This document shows, one piece after another, positions 30,201-41,943 of a stretch of 64,000 nucleotides of DNA. The notes under the pieces were generated by a model. That model was given only the letters and a program-made list of their open reading frames with translations, was not told the origin of the DNA and ran no database searches. Position numbers and translations under genes: made by a program. Position 1 is the stretch's first letter; each line of letters starts with the position of its first letter. This stretch comes from Burkholderiales bacterium. Its GTDB lineage: Bacteria; Pseudomonadota; Gammaproteobacteria; Burkholderiales; SG8-41. The stretch is taken from positions 17,586-81,585 of the forward strand of contig JAIENU010000037.1 of assembly GCA_019751125.1 (NCBI GenBank). The letters run 5' to 3'.

Positions 30201-30356
30201 GGCACGGAAATCCTGCATCCGGTCGCGGTGGTGATTTTTTCGGGGCTGATCAGCTCCACGCTGCTTGATACCTTCCTGACCCCGGCGATGTTCTGGCTGT
30301 TCGGCCGCAAGGAGGCCGGGCGCCTGGTGGAAAACGGAAGTTCCGAAGCCCTTTGA
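27237..30356 (+). CDS. czcA: Heavy-metal-efflux RND transporter (CzcA/CusA family)
   Basis: 1039 aa with 12-TM RND architecture. N-terminus LANRLLVIIASLVLMAYGAY. Other motifs: GGLAIAIGGLVDDAVV and SVRNGIL. Confidence 0.92.
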   Translation: MFKWLLDNSLANRLLVIIASLVLMAYGAYTLSKTPVDVFPDLNKPTVTVMTEAGGMAAEEVEQLLTFPLETAMNGLPGVESVRSVSSAGLSFIYVTFNWNTEIFRARQMVSERLSAMEGGIPPGIVPRMGPISSIMGEIMQVALPIDLSKATPMQVREYADWVLRPRLMSIPGVAQVIPIGGEVRQFQVQPDTVMMANLGISHDQLESALRGYSSNTSGGFLELNGREYLIRNLGRTSNLDDLKNIALTSRNGQPIVLRQIAEVAFAPAVRRGDAGFEGRPAVILGIQKQPTADTISLTRAIESAIADLAKAMPAGMEAPRVTFRQATFIESSISTLQGKLIGASLFVAVILFFFLGTLRPTIIALTAIPVSIFITALVFRYFNLSINTMTLGGLAIAIGGLVDDAVVGVENVMRRLRENRVAHPEHRLHSLELVAKATMEVRSAILYATIIIVLVFLPLFALPGMEGRLFVPLGVAFIVSTLASLVVSVTVTPVLSVYLLPRMKSLDHGDTRLLAWLKTRYRDALDAVLDRPKAAIASGLITVVVAAAAVPLFPTTFLPPFNEGTLLIGLRLNPGVTLSESAALARQAEVLIKQVPEVTHVGRRSGRAELDEHAEGVHVSELDVGLKPATELTRSMGEISADIRSRLVNLPAAIAVGQPISHRIDHMLSGVRSQIAVKIFGDDLDTLRGEADALRARLAPITGLADLEIEKQVLAPEIKVRVDYAAAARYGVPASQVLTVLQSMVEGERVTQIVEGSRRFALVVRLPEQARSIEGLNQIMIETPSGRIPLSRIASIEDGDGPNQISRDDGKRRIVISANAQGRALSEVVADIRKVVADSKLPEGYFITLGGQFQAQEEASRLVGLLSIVSLTLMFVVLYSRYQSMILSALIMANIPLALVGAVLGLWLSGQPLSVAALVGFITLAGISVRNGILKVSHYINLMRFEGENFDRKMILRGSMERLSPVLMTALVTAFALAPLLFEAERPGTEILHPVAVVIFSGLISSTLLDTFLTPAMFWLFGRKEAGRLVENGSSEAL

Positions 30357-30380
30357 TTTTTTCTGGATGACAACAAGGAG

Positions 30381-30788
30381 ATGGGGATGAAATCAGTAAA
30401 AAGTTTGCGTGCGGCATTGTTGCTGATGGCGGGATTGACTCTGGCCACCGGCGCTGTGGCCAGTGGTGACCACAAAAAAGGGCATGACCACAAGCCGCTT
30501 CATGGCGGTGTTGTGACCGAGGCGAAGGATGTCGATTACGAACTGGTGATCAAGCCTGATGCCATCGACATCCATGTTCGTGATCATGGCAAGCCGGCCG
30601 ATTTGACCGGTGCCTCGGCGGTGCTGACGTTATTGGTGGGTACGGACAAGCAGGAGATCAAGCTCGTGCCCGCCGGCAGCAAATTTACGGTGCACGGCAA
30701 GTTTTCAGCGCCTGCCGGCACCAAGGCGGTGGCCATGATCGCCTTGCGCGGCAAGCCGGCGAAGTCGGTGCGCTTCGCACTTAAATAA
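30381..30788 (+). CDS. Small periplasmic protein with His-rich N-terminus (putative metal-binding accessory)
   Basis: Signal peptide, then SGDHKKGHDHKPLHGG. The remainder is beta-rich. It lies immediately downstream of czcA. Confidence 0.6.
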   Translation: MGMKSVKSLRAALLLMAGLTLATGAVASGDHKKGHDHKPLHGGVVTEAKDVDYELVIKPDAIDIHVRDHGKPADLTGASAVLTLLVGTDKQEIKLVPAGSKFTVHGKFSAPAGTKAVAMIALRGKPAKSVRFALK

Positions 30789-30841
30789 GCGTGCAGGGGC
30801 GGCGCGCGGCTGCAGTTTTCACGCTTGCGCGCCGCAATCGT

Positions 30842-30885
30842 GATATAAGCTGTTGTTTTTATTGATATTATTTATCGCTTATAAT
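30842..30885 (+). repeat. AT-rich dispersed repeat, copy e
   Basis: GATATAAGCTGTTGTTTTTATTGATATTATTTATCGCTTATAAT, about 55 nt upstream of prfC. It ends in a TATAAT hexamer. Confidence 0.75.
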
Positions 30886-30939
30886 GCGCGCCGCACCGCA
30901 CCCGCCATTCTCCCGGCGGGTGCCTGAACAGGCCAGCGC

Positions 30940-32553
30940 ATGAATATCGACCAGGAAGTTGCCCGCCGGCGAACCTTCGCCATCATTTCGCACCCGGACG
31001 CGGGCAAGACCACGCTCACCGAAAAGCTGCTGCTGTTTGCCGGCGCGATCCACATCGCCGGCAGCGTGAAGTCGCGCAAGGCCTCGCGCTACGCGACCTC
31101 GGACTGGATGGAGATTGAAAAGCAGCGCGGCATCTCGGTCGCCAGTTCGGTGATGCAGATGGAATACCGCGACTGCGTGATCAACCTGCTCGACACGCCG
31201 GGCCACCGTGATTTTTCGGAAGACACCTACCGCGTGCTGACCGCGGTGGATGCCGCGCTGATGGTGATCGACGCTGCCAACGGCATCGAGCCGCAAACGC
31301 TGCGGCTGCTGCAGGTGTGCCGCGCGCAGAACACGCCGGTGATCACCTTCATCAACAAGATGGACCGCGAGGTACGCGAACCGACTGACCTCGTTGATGA
31401 AATCGAACGCACGCTGGGCATGCCGGTCGTGCCCTGCACCTGGCCCATCGGCATGGGCAAGCAGTTCAAGGGCGTGTTCGACCTGCGCGCCGACCGCATG
31501 CGCGTGTTCACCGCCGGTGAGGACCGTGTCGGCGATGACGATGAAATCATCAAGGGCATCGACAACCCGGAAATTGCCAGCCGCTATGGCGACACCTTCA
31601 GCAATGCCCGCGCCGAGATGGAGCTGGTGCAGGGCGTGTCGCCGGAATACAGCGCGGAAGAGTTTCTGGCCGGCAAACAGACGCCGCTGTTCTTCGGCTC
31701 GGCGATCAACAACTTCGGCGTGCGTGAAGTTCTTGACGCGGTGGTCGATTTTGCCTCGCCGCCGCGGCCGCACAAGGCGCTGCAGCGTGAAGTGCTGCCA
31801 GTCGAAGAGAAGTTTTCCGGCGTGGTGTTCAAGATCCAGGCCAACATGGATCCCGGCCACCGCGACCGCGTCGCCTTCATCCGCATCTGTGCCGGCCGCT
31901 TCGAGCGCAACATGCGGCTGAAGAACTGCCGCACCGAAAAATTCTTCCGGCCCAGCTCCGTGGTGGCCTTCATGTCGCAGCGCCGCGAGCAGGTTGAAGA
32001 CGCCTATGCCGGCGACATCATCGGCATTCCCAACCACGGCGTGCTGCAGCTTGGTGACACGCTGACCGAGGGCGAGGAACTGCAGTTCACCGGCCTGCCG
32101 TTTTTCGCGCCGGAACTGTTCCAGACTGTCGAGGTGGCGGATCCGCTGCGCAGCAAGCAGTTGCGCACCGGACTCGCCCAGCTGGGCGAGGAGGGCGCGA
32201 TCCAGGTATTCAAGCCGGTGGCGGGCAGCCTGCTGCTGCTCGGCGCCGTCGGCCAGCTGCAGTTCGAGGTGGTCGCGCACCGTCTGAAACACGAATATGG
32301 CTGCGAGGCACGGCTGTCGCCGGCGCGTTACGTCGCCGCGCGCTGGGTGACCTGTGACGATGACCGCGAACTGCAGCGTTTCATCGATGCCAATTCACAC
32401 CGCGTTGCGCATGACGCTGTTGGTGCGCCGGCCTTTCTGGCGGGCAACGCGATCGAGATTGATGTTGCGCAGGAGCAGTGGCCGAAGATCAAATTCCATG
32501 CCCTGCGTGAACACGCCGGGCTGATCTTTCACAACAATTCAGTGCTGGCCTGA
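30940..32553 (+). CDS. prfC: Peptide chain release factor 3
   Basis: G1 motif RRTFAIISHPDAGKTTLTEKLL, G3 LLDTPGHRDFSEDTYR, G4 FINKMDR. Length 537 aa. Confidence 0.93.
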   Translation: MNIDQEVARRRTFAIISHPDAGKTTLTEKLLLFAGAIHIAGSVKSRKASRYATSDWMEIEKQRGISVASSVMQMEYRDCVINLLDTPGHRDFSEDTYRVLTAVDAALMVIDAANGIEPQTLRLLQVCRAQNTPVITFINKMDREVREPTDLVDEIERTLGMPVVPCTWPIGMGKQFKGVFDLRADRMRVFTAGEDRVGDDDEIIKGIDNPEIASRYGDTFSNARAEMELVQGVSPEYSAEEFLAGKQTPLFFGSAINNFGVREVLDAVVDFASPPRPHKALQREVLPVEEKFSGVVFKIQANMDPGHRDRVAFIRICAGRFERNMRLKNCRTEKFFRPSSVVAFMSQRREQVEDAYAGDIIGIPNHGVLQLGDTLTEGEELQFTGLPFFAPELFQTVEVADPLRSKQLRTGLAQLGEEGAIQVFKPVAGSLLLLGAVGQLQFEVVAHRLKHEYGCEARLSPARYVAARWVTCDDDRELQRFIDANSHRVAHDAVGAPAFLAGNAIEIDVAQEQWPKIKFHALREHAGLIFHNNSVLA

Positions 32554-32597
32554 TCCGGCGCGGCACGCAAAAAGTGCTCCCGGCTTTTTGTTGGTAA

Positions 32598-32667
32598 CCC
32601 ACGGGATTCCGGCTTGCCCCCCCAAAGGGGACTTCCTCCGGGGCGCGCCGGAATGACGTCCGTGGGG
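32598..32667. repeat. GC-rich REP-like palindromic element
   Basis: CCCACGGGATTCCGGC ... GCCGGAATGACGTCCGTGGGG form an imperfect inverted repeat. It lies in the convergent intergenic region after prfC. Confidence 0.5.
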
Positions 32668-32690
32668 CATGGAAGCTCCGCCTCAGGCTC

Positions 32691-33296
32691 CTACTGCGGC
32701 GTGTAAATCACGATCAATGCCCGCGCTTCGCCGCCGAGGCCGCGTCCGCGGTGCGGCAGGCGTGACTCGAAATACAGGCTGTCACCGGCCTCGAGTGTCC
32801 ACTTGCGCGTGCTGCCGTCGATTTCCATTTCCCATTCCACGCGGCCGCTGAGGATGAACAGGAATTCCTCGCCTTCGTGCTCGAAGCGCACCTCGCTGCT
32901 GATGTCGGTGGGGAAGGTGAACAGGAAGGGTTCCATGTGTTTGTGCCGCTTCTTGTGCGCGAGGCTGACGTAGTCATATCCGAAAGCACTTGCCCCCCTG
33001 ACCTCGGGGCGCCGTTCATTGATGCGCACAATGCTGAAGGCATCGTCATAGCCGTCACCCGAGGCCTTCAGAAATTCGGTGACTTCCACCTGCAGCGCCT
33101 GCGCGATGCGCACCAGCGTGCCGATCGGCGGCACGATATGCCCGTTCTCGATTTTCGACACATAACCCTTGGTTACGCCGATGGCGTCGGCGAGCTGTTC
33201 CTGGGTCAGGTTGCGGCCGGTGCGCAACGCGGCGACGTGGGTGCCGATGTAGCGTTCGATGTCGCTGGAGGTGCTGGCGGGGTGGGGTGTGCTCAT
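32691..33296 (-). CDS. XRE-family HTH regulator with C-terminal cupin domain
   Basis: HTH: LRTGRNLTQEQLADAIGVTKGYVSKIENG. Cupin: HEGEEFLFILSGRVEWE...GDSLYFESRLPH. The track ORF has a long Arg-rich upstream extension that I consider non-coding. Confidence 0.8.
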   Translation of the reverse strand: MSTPHPASTSSDIERYIGTHVAALRTGRNLTQEQLADAIGVTKGYVSKIENGHIVPPIGTLVRIAQALQVEVTEFLKASGDGYDDAFSIVRINERRPEVRGASAFGYDYVSLAHKKRHKHMEPFLFTFPTDISSEVRFEHEGEEFLFILSGRVEWEMEIDGSTRKWTLEAGDSLYFESRLPHRGRGLGGEARALIVIYTPQ

Positions 33297-33922
33297 GCGG
33301 TGGTCAGTGTCGGCAGGCGGGTCCGGTTGGCGGCGCGCGCGGCGCCGTATTCCATGATACGTGCAGTTTCCGACGCCACTTCGGCGCCGAGCATGCGTTC
33401 CAGCAGATACAGCGTGACGTCGATGCACAGTGTGACGCCGCCGCCGGTGACCACCATGCCGCTGTCTGCGAGCAGCGCGGGGCGGGCATCGACTCCGGGA
33501 TATTCGCCGCGCAGGCGTTCGAGCGGGGGCACTTCGCGGCCGGCGATCACCTCCTGTTTGGTGGTGGCGATGCGGCCGTCGAGTATGCCGCTGGCGGCGA
33601 GGATCATGCCGCCGGTGCACACCGCTGCAACCAGCATTTCACCGGCGACGCAGCGCCGCAGGTAGTCGAGTGTCGGCGCATGGCTGCACTGCGCCTCCCA
33701 GCCCGGGCCGCCGGTGACGATCAGCGCATCAAAGGCCGGTGCGTCAGCGATGCCGTAACGCGCGATGACTTCAAGCTCGTTGGCAAAGCGCACGGTGCCA
33801 GCCTGCGCGGCCACGGTGGAGATGCGGATCTGCGGCGCGACGCGGCGCGCCATCGACAACACGCCATAGGTGCCGAGGTCGATCGGCTCCACGCCGTCAT
33901 AAATGAAAATGCCGAAATGCAT
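33293..33922 (-). CDS. DJ-1/PfpI-family (class I glutamine amidotransferase-like) protein
   Basis: MHFGIFIYDGVEPIDL. The nucleophile-elbow Cys sits in VAAVCTGGMILAASG. There is a 4-nt overlap with the downstream regulator gene. Confidence 0.75.
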   Translation of the reverse strand: MHFGIFIYDGVEPIDLGTYGVLSMARRVAPQIRISTVAAQAGTVRFANELEVIARYGIADAPAFDALIVTGGPGWEAQCSHAPTLDYLRRCVAGEMLVAAVCTGGMILAASGILDGRIATTKQEVIAGREVPPLERLRGEYPGVDARPALLADSGMVVTGGGVTLCIDVTLYLLERMLGAEVASETARIMEYGAARAANRTRLPTLTTA

Positions 33923-34213
33923 GCCGGGGCTCCGTGTCTGCGGCTCGCACTGATTCAGTGCAATGGTTTCCCAAAAAGAAACTTTTTGGTGCATACTGTG
34001 CTTGCGTTTGCACCGTCATGAGTCAGCTTCAGGGCGAAATTGAGCATGGCTTGAAGATACACCAAAGAAGTGTTGACGAGAAAGTTTCCTGTGAGGATAC
34101 TTTGCCCGGCACGTTGATTTAAGCAATTTGGTTTATTCAATGCGACCGGGACAGGTTGTTCCCGACTTCAACAATACAACCGCAGGTGTGCAACGGAGGA
34201 GTCGCCAACCCCT

Positions 34214-35380
34214 ATGGAGAGCAGACTCATGAAACAGCAAGAACCGAAGCAGAAGTCCCCGGCGGTTGCAGAGACGCGTCCTGCGCGCCGCCGTTTCCTT
34301 GGCGCGGCTGCGGCTGGCGGCACAGCCATCGCCGGTTTCCCGTTCATTGCCCGCGCCCAACCGGCGGTGACCAACTGGCGGTTCCAGAGCACCTGGCCGG
34401 CGAAGTTCCTGTACCAGGAATTTGCGGTGGACTGGACCAAGAAGGTGTTCGAGCTTTCCGGTGGCCGCCTGAAGATCGACATGCTGCCCGCGGGCGCTGT
34501 GGTTCCGGCGCTGCAGATTGTTGATGCCACCAGCAAGGGCGTCATCGACGGCGGCCACGGCCTGCCCGGTTTCTGGTTCGGCAAGAACACCGCCTTCGGC
34601 CTGTTTGGTGCCGGTCCCGATTTCGGCATGGACGGCAACCAGCTGCTGGGCTGGATCGAATACGGTGGCGGCAAGGAGCTGTATGCCGAAGTGCAGGCGG
34701 CGGCGCAGATCGACGCTGTCAGCTTCCTGTTTGCGCCGGTGCCCTGCGAGCCGATGGGCTGGTTCAAGAAGGAGATCAAGGCGCCAACCGATCTCAAGGG
34801 CCTCAAGTTCCGAACCGCCGGCCTCGCGGTGGACATGTTCAAGGAGCTGGGCGTATCGGCGGTGCAGATGGCGCCGCCCGACATCGTGCCGGCACTCGAC
34901 CGCGGCCTGCTCGACGGTGCCGAGTTCGCCAGCGCCTCGGATGACCGCATCATGGGTTTCCCCGATGTCGCGCGCTTCTACCTGCAGCAGAGTTATCACA
35001 TGGCCAACAACTTCTGCGAAGTGATGGTCAACCGCAAGCGTTACGAAGCGCTGCCTGACGACCTGAAGACCGTGTTGAAGCTCGCCTCGCAGGCCGCCAG
35101 CGCCGACATGGAGTGGAAGGCCATGCACCGCATGTCGCAGGATTACCTTGAGCTGAAAAAGAACGCGAAGCTGCGCATCTACAAGACGCCGAAGCCGATC
35201 CTTGATGCCCAGCTCAAGGCCTGGAACGCGGTGATCAAGCGCCGTTCGGCGGAAAATCCGCTGTTCGCCAAGGTTGTCCAGTCGCAGATGAACTGGGCCA
35301 AGCGGGTGATGTTCTGGCACAACGAAGTGCAGGTCGGCCAGGCCGCAGCCTATGCCCATTATTTCGGGAAGGGCGCCTGA
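34214..35380 (+). CDS. TRAP transporter substrate-binding protein (DctP family) with Tat-type signal
   Basis: Twin-arginine leader RRRFLGAAAAGGTAIAGFPFIARA. DctP-like body: KIDMLPAGAVVP, LKGLKFRTAG. No dctQ/M genes are adjacent. Confidence 0.75.
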   Translation: MESRLMKQQEPKQKSPAVAETRPARRRFLGAAAAGGTAIAGFPFIARAQPAVTNWRFQSTWPAKFLYQEFAVDWTKKVFELSGGRLKIDMLPAGAVVPALQIVDATSKGVIDGGHGLPGFWFGKNTAFGLFGAGPDFGMDGNQLLGWIEYGGGKELYAEVQAAAQIDAVSFLFAPVPCEPMGWFKKEIKAPTDLKGLKFRTAGLAVDMFKELGVSAVQMAPPDIVPALDRGLLDGAEFASASDDRIMGFPDVARFYLQQSYHMANNFCEVMVNRKRYEALPDDLKTVLKLASQAASADMEWKAMHRMSQDYLELKKNAKLRIYKTPKPILDAQLKAWNAVIKRRSAENPLFAKVVQSQMNWAKRVMFWHNEVQVGQAAAYAHYFGKGA

Positions 35381-35491
35381 GTTTGACACGGGGCTTTGGC
35401 ATGAAGGCGGCCGTTGCGCCAGTGGCGGCCGCCGTTATCATCAAAAGACGAACAACCGATTCACGCAACAAACAGGGAAGAGGAATGAAGC

Positions 35492-35959
35492 ATGGCTGAT
35501 TACGACAAGCGCTTGCAGGAAATGGGCATCATCCTGCCGCCGGCCGCCGCGCCGGTGGCGAACTACGTTGGTTACACCGTGTCGGGTAACCTGGTCTTTG
35601 TGTCCGGGCAGTTGCCGTTCGCGGACGGCAAGGTCGCGGTGCAGGGCCGTGTCGGCGCCGGACTCACGGTGGATGACGGCTATCGCGCAGGCCGGCTGTG
35701 CGCGCTGAACCTGCTGGCGCACCTGCGTGCCGCCTGCGGCGGCAGTCTGAACAAGGTCACCCGCGTGCTGCGGCTGGGCGGTTTTGTCTGCGTCGCGCCG
35801 GATTTTGTCGATGCGCCGAAATGCGTCAACGGCGCTTCCGACCTGATGGTCGAGGTGTTTGGTGATGCCGGGCGCCATGCGCGCTTTGCGGTGGGTGTGG
35901 CGACACTGCCGGCGAATGCCGCGGTCGAAGTCGACGCCACTTTTGAAATCAAGCCCTGA
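35492..35959 (+). CDS. RidA/YjgF-family protein
   Basis: 155 aa. Motifs: LVFVSGQLP, and C-terminal ARFAVGVATLPANAAVEVDATFE. Confidence 0.75.
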   Translation: MADYDKRLQEMGIILPPAAAPVANYVGYTVSGNLVFVSGQLPFADGKVAVQGRVGAGLTVDDGYRAGRLCALNLLAHLRAACGGSLNKVTRVLRLGGFVCVAPDFVDAPKCVNGASDLMVEVFGDAGRHARFAVGVATLPANAAVEVDATFEIKP

Positions 35960-36001
35960 GCCGCGCAGCATGCGGCCCGGGTTCAACGCGAGGACGACAC
36001 C

Positions 36002-36850
36002 ATGAACGATCCGATCATCCGCTACTTCGGCTGGTCCAGCCTGTCGATCGAGACGGCGGACGGCGCGCTGTTCTTCGATCCCTTTTTCCGCCACTACTGC
36101 GGCGCGCAGTGGTTCGACATCGATGATTACCTGCACGCCAAATACATCTGCGTCACCCACGGCCACGAGGAGCATTTCCTCGACGTGCCGGTGGTCGCCA
36201 AACGCACCGGCGCCACGGTGATCGGGCCGCGGTCGGTGACCGACTTCCTCGCCTGGCGCAGCGGCATGCCGCGCGACAAGCTGGTCACCATCGACACCGA
36301 ATCGGTGAGCACGCTGCCCGGCTTCAAGGTGAGTTCCTTCCGCTGGAAACACCGCGACATCAACCTGGTCAAGGCACTGTCGAAGGCGGTGTTCCACGGC
36401 AACGCCACACAGCTGTCCTGGGCCTGGAGCAGCGCCACCAACGCGCCGTTCTATTCGCCGTATACCGGCTACCACGTCGAACTGCCCGGCGGCCTGACGG
36501 TGCTGAATTACAACGAGGGTTTCAACACCAAGATGACCGACGCCGAGATCACGGCGCTGGGCAAACGTTTTCGCACCGACGTGCTGCTCGCCGGCATGCA
36601 GCTCGATTTCACTGCCGACATTGCGCGTGGGGTGAAGGCGCTCAACCCTAAAATCATCGTGCTCTATCCGCCGCACGACAAGTTCCACGAAATGATGGGC
36701 GTCAGCTCGAAACCCTGGGCTGATTTTGCGGCCGCGGCCAGCGCGGCGCTGCCTTCGGCCAGGGTGCTGATCGCCGATCCGGGCTTTGTGATGAATGCGG
36801 CCACCGGTGAAGTGCTGCCGTCGCGGCCCAGCGTGAAGATCGCGGCCTGA
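36002..36850 (+). CDS. MBL-fold metallo-hydrolase
   Basis: The metal-binding motif is CVTHGHEEHF (HxHxxH variant). N-terminus: YFGWSSLSIE. Confidence 0.65.
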   Translation: MNDPIIRYFGWSSLSIETADGALFFDPFFRHYCGAQWFDIDDYLHAKYICVTHGHEEHFLDVPVVAKRTGATVIGPRSVTDFLAWRSGMPRDKLVTIDTESVSTLPGFKVSSFRWKHRDINLVKALSKAVFHGNATQLSWAWSSATNAPFYSPYTGYHVELPGGLTVLNYNEGFNTKMTDAEITALGKRFRTDVLLAGMQLDFTADIARGVKALNPKIIVLYPPHDKFHEMMGVSSKPWADFAAAASAALPSARVLIADPGFVMNAATGEVLPSRPSVKIAA

Positions 36851-36907
36851 TCGCCGCGGTGTGAAGTCAGGCGCGCGGTCAATCCATCGGCCGCGCCGCC
36901 AAAAACG

Positions 36908-37540
36908 CTATTTCGTGAATTCCATCGGCGGCAGCTTGAGCAGGCCGAACTGCGTGCGCTGCGGCATCACCACAAAGCGCAGCTGGTCGAGATGGCAGTT
37001 GACGAAGGCGTCGATGGCGATTTTCGGGTTCTTCAGCGGCTGGTTCTGATAAACCGGCCAGATGTAATCGTCAAAAATCATCAGGCCGCCCGGTTTCAGC
37101 AGCTTCCAGCCGAGGATGGCATCAGCCAGCACGTCCGCGGCCTGGTGTGAGCCATCCACATAAACAAAATCCGCGCGGATCCCGCGCGACAGCAGCTGCA
37201 CCAGCCCGTCATCGGAGCGGCCGGCGAGCACTTCGACCTGCGCGGCCTTGCCGCTGGTGTTGATGTTGTAATCAAAGCGCTGCCGCAACTCGGCTTTTTC
37301 CGCGGCGTTGTGTTCGATGCTGCCTTCAAAGCTGTCAAGGCAATACAGGCGCGTGTCGGGGTGGCGTGCCAGGTGCTCCAGCATCCACACTGCCGAAGAA
37401 CCTTCGTAGGAGCCGATTTCGACCAGGGTCCGGGGTTGTTCGAAATCCCACTGCAGATTCCTGAACAGCTGGCCCCAGTGCGCGGCAGTCTGGCTGAACC
37501 AGTCGCGGGTGAAGCGGTAGGGCCTGTTGTTGGTGTCCAT
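36908..37540 (-). CDS. Class I SAM-dependent methyltransferase
   Basis: Motif I LVEIGSYEGSS. Acidic post-I LDSFEG. Also VDGSHQ and GGLMIFDDY. Confidence 0.7.
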   Translation of the reverse strand: MDTNNRPYRFTRDWFSQTAAHWGQLFRNLQWDFEQPRTLVEIGSYEGSSAVWMLEHLARHPDTRLYCLDSFEGSIEHNAAEKAELRQRFDYNINTSGKAAQVEVLAGRSDDGLVQLLSRGIRADFVYVDGSHQAADVLADAILGWKLLKPGGLMIFDDYIWPVYQNQPLKNPKIAIDAFVNCHLDQLRFVVMPQRTQFGLLKLPPMEFTK

Positions 37541-37552
37541 CGCGTCAGTGGT

Positions 37553-38347
37553 TCAGCGGCTGATTTCACCGGCCCAGCGCAGGATTTCCTCGACCGATGC
37601 ACGCGGCGCGCCGGCATGGTCTGCCGCCGGTTCGGCCAGCCGGGTGCGCGGGTTGGCGGGCAGGGCGCGGAACACATCGTGTTTGATGCGCACCAGCGCC
37701 GGATAGTCGTGCTGCGGCACGATCAGCAGCACCGGCGTTGCGGGCTGCACCGCGCGCAGCGAGCGGAACTGGTTCATCGCACCTTCAGGGTCAAACCACG
37801 ACAGATAGGTCGCCGCCGTGGTGCGCACGGTCCAGCTGCCCTTGGCGCCTTCGTAGTCGAGGAATTCGCCACGCTCCTGGCCGCGGCCCTCGCCAACCAT
37901 GTTGCGCGCATTACGCACCGCGCCGCCGAGCTGCTGCAGGAACAGGCTGTTCGAGACATCACCACCGGGTGCGATGGCGATCAGGCCGTCCAGCGGGCGC
38001 AGCGTGGCGTAATGCAGCGCAAACACGCCGCCCTGGCTGTGGCCGGCGACAAACACCCGCTTTGCGCCCTTGTCGCGCAGGGTGGCAATCGCGGCATCGA
38101 CGTCCTTCACCGCGGTGGCGACATCGACGTCGTACTGCCGGTCGCGAGACCACGGCATCTGCAGGTTGGCAACCTGCCAGCCTCTGGCCTGCAGGCCTTC
38201 GGCCAGCGGCCGCACCAGGCCCTGCGGCATGCCGCCTTTGCCGTGCATGATGACGATGCCGTCCTGGGCCGATGCCGGGAGTATCGGGGCCGCCAGCAAC
38301 AGCACGGCCAGAAGGGTTTGCAGTTTGGGCATGCGACGTGTGTTCAT
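37553..38347 (-). CDS. Secreted alpha/beta hydrolase
   Basis: Signal peptide MPKLQTLLAVLLLAAPILPASAQ. Nucleophile elbow GHSQGG. Confidence 0.7.
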   Translation of the reverse strand: MNTRRMPKLQTLLAVLLLAAPILPASAQDGIVIMHGKGGMPQGLVRPLAEGLQARGWQVANLQMPWSRDRQYDVDVATAVKDVDAAIATLRDKGAKRVFVAGHSQGGVFALHYATLRPLDGLIAIAPGGDVSNSLFLQQLGGAVRNARNMVGEGRGQERGEFLDYEGAKGSWTVRTTAATYLSWFDPEGAMNQFRSLRAVQPATPVLLIVPQHDYPALVRIKHDVFRALPANPRTRLAEPAADHAGAPRASVEEILRWAGEISR

Positions 38348-38365
38348 CGGCGCATTGTCGGCTGA

Positions 38366-41860
<3,495 letters not shown>

Positions 41861-41943
41861 CAAAGGCGTTTCAACAAAGGGCGCTATTATAAACGCGGCC
41901 CTTTTCTCCACTGCCCATCCCTACAGACTGCACGGGAATTGTC

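Noticed and set aside
30842-30885. The AT-rich repeat as a portable promoter (TTGATA ... TATAAT in copy e upstream of prfC).
   Set aside because: The spacing between TTGATA and TATAAT is only about 12 nt. Other copies lack the TATAAT extension or sit inside or after genes. A general promoter function is therefore not supported by the sequence alone.
32553-32600. Possible intrinsic terminator after prfC (GCACGCAAAAAGTGC ... GGCTTTTT).
   Set aside because: The stem is only 4 bp with a 7-nt loop. The T-run is not adjacent to a stable hairpin. The nearby REP-like palindrome is the more obvious structure.
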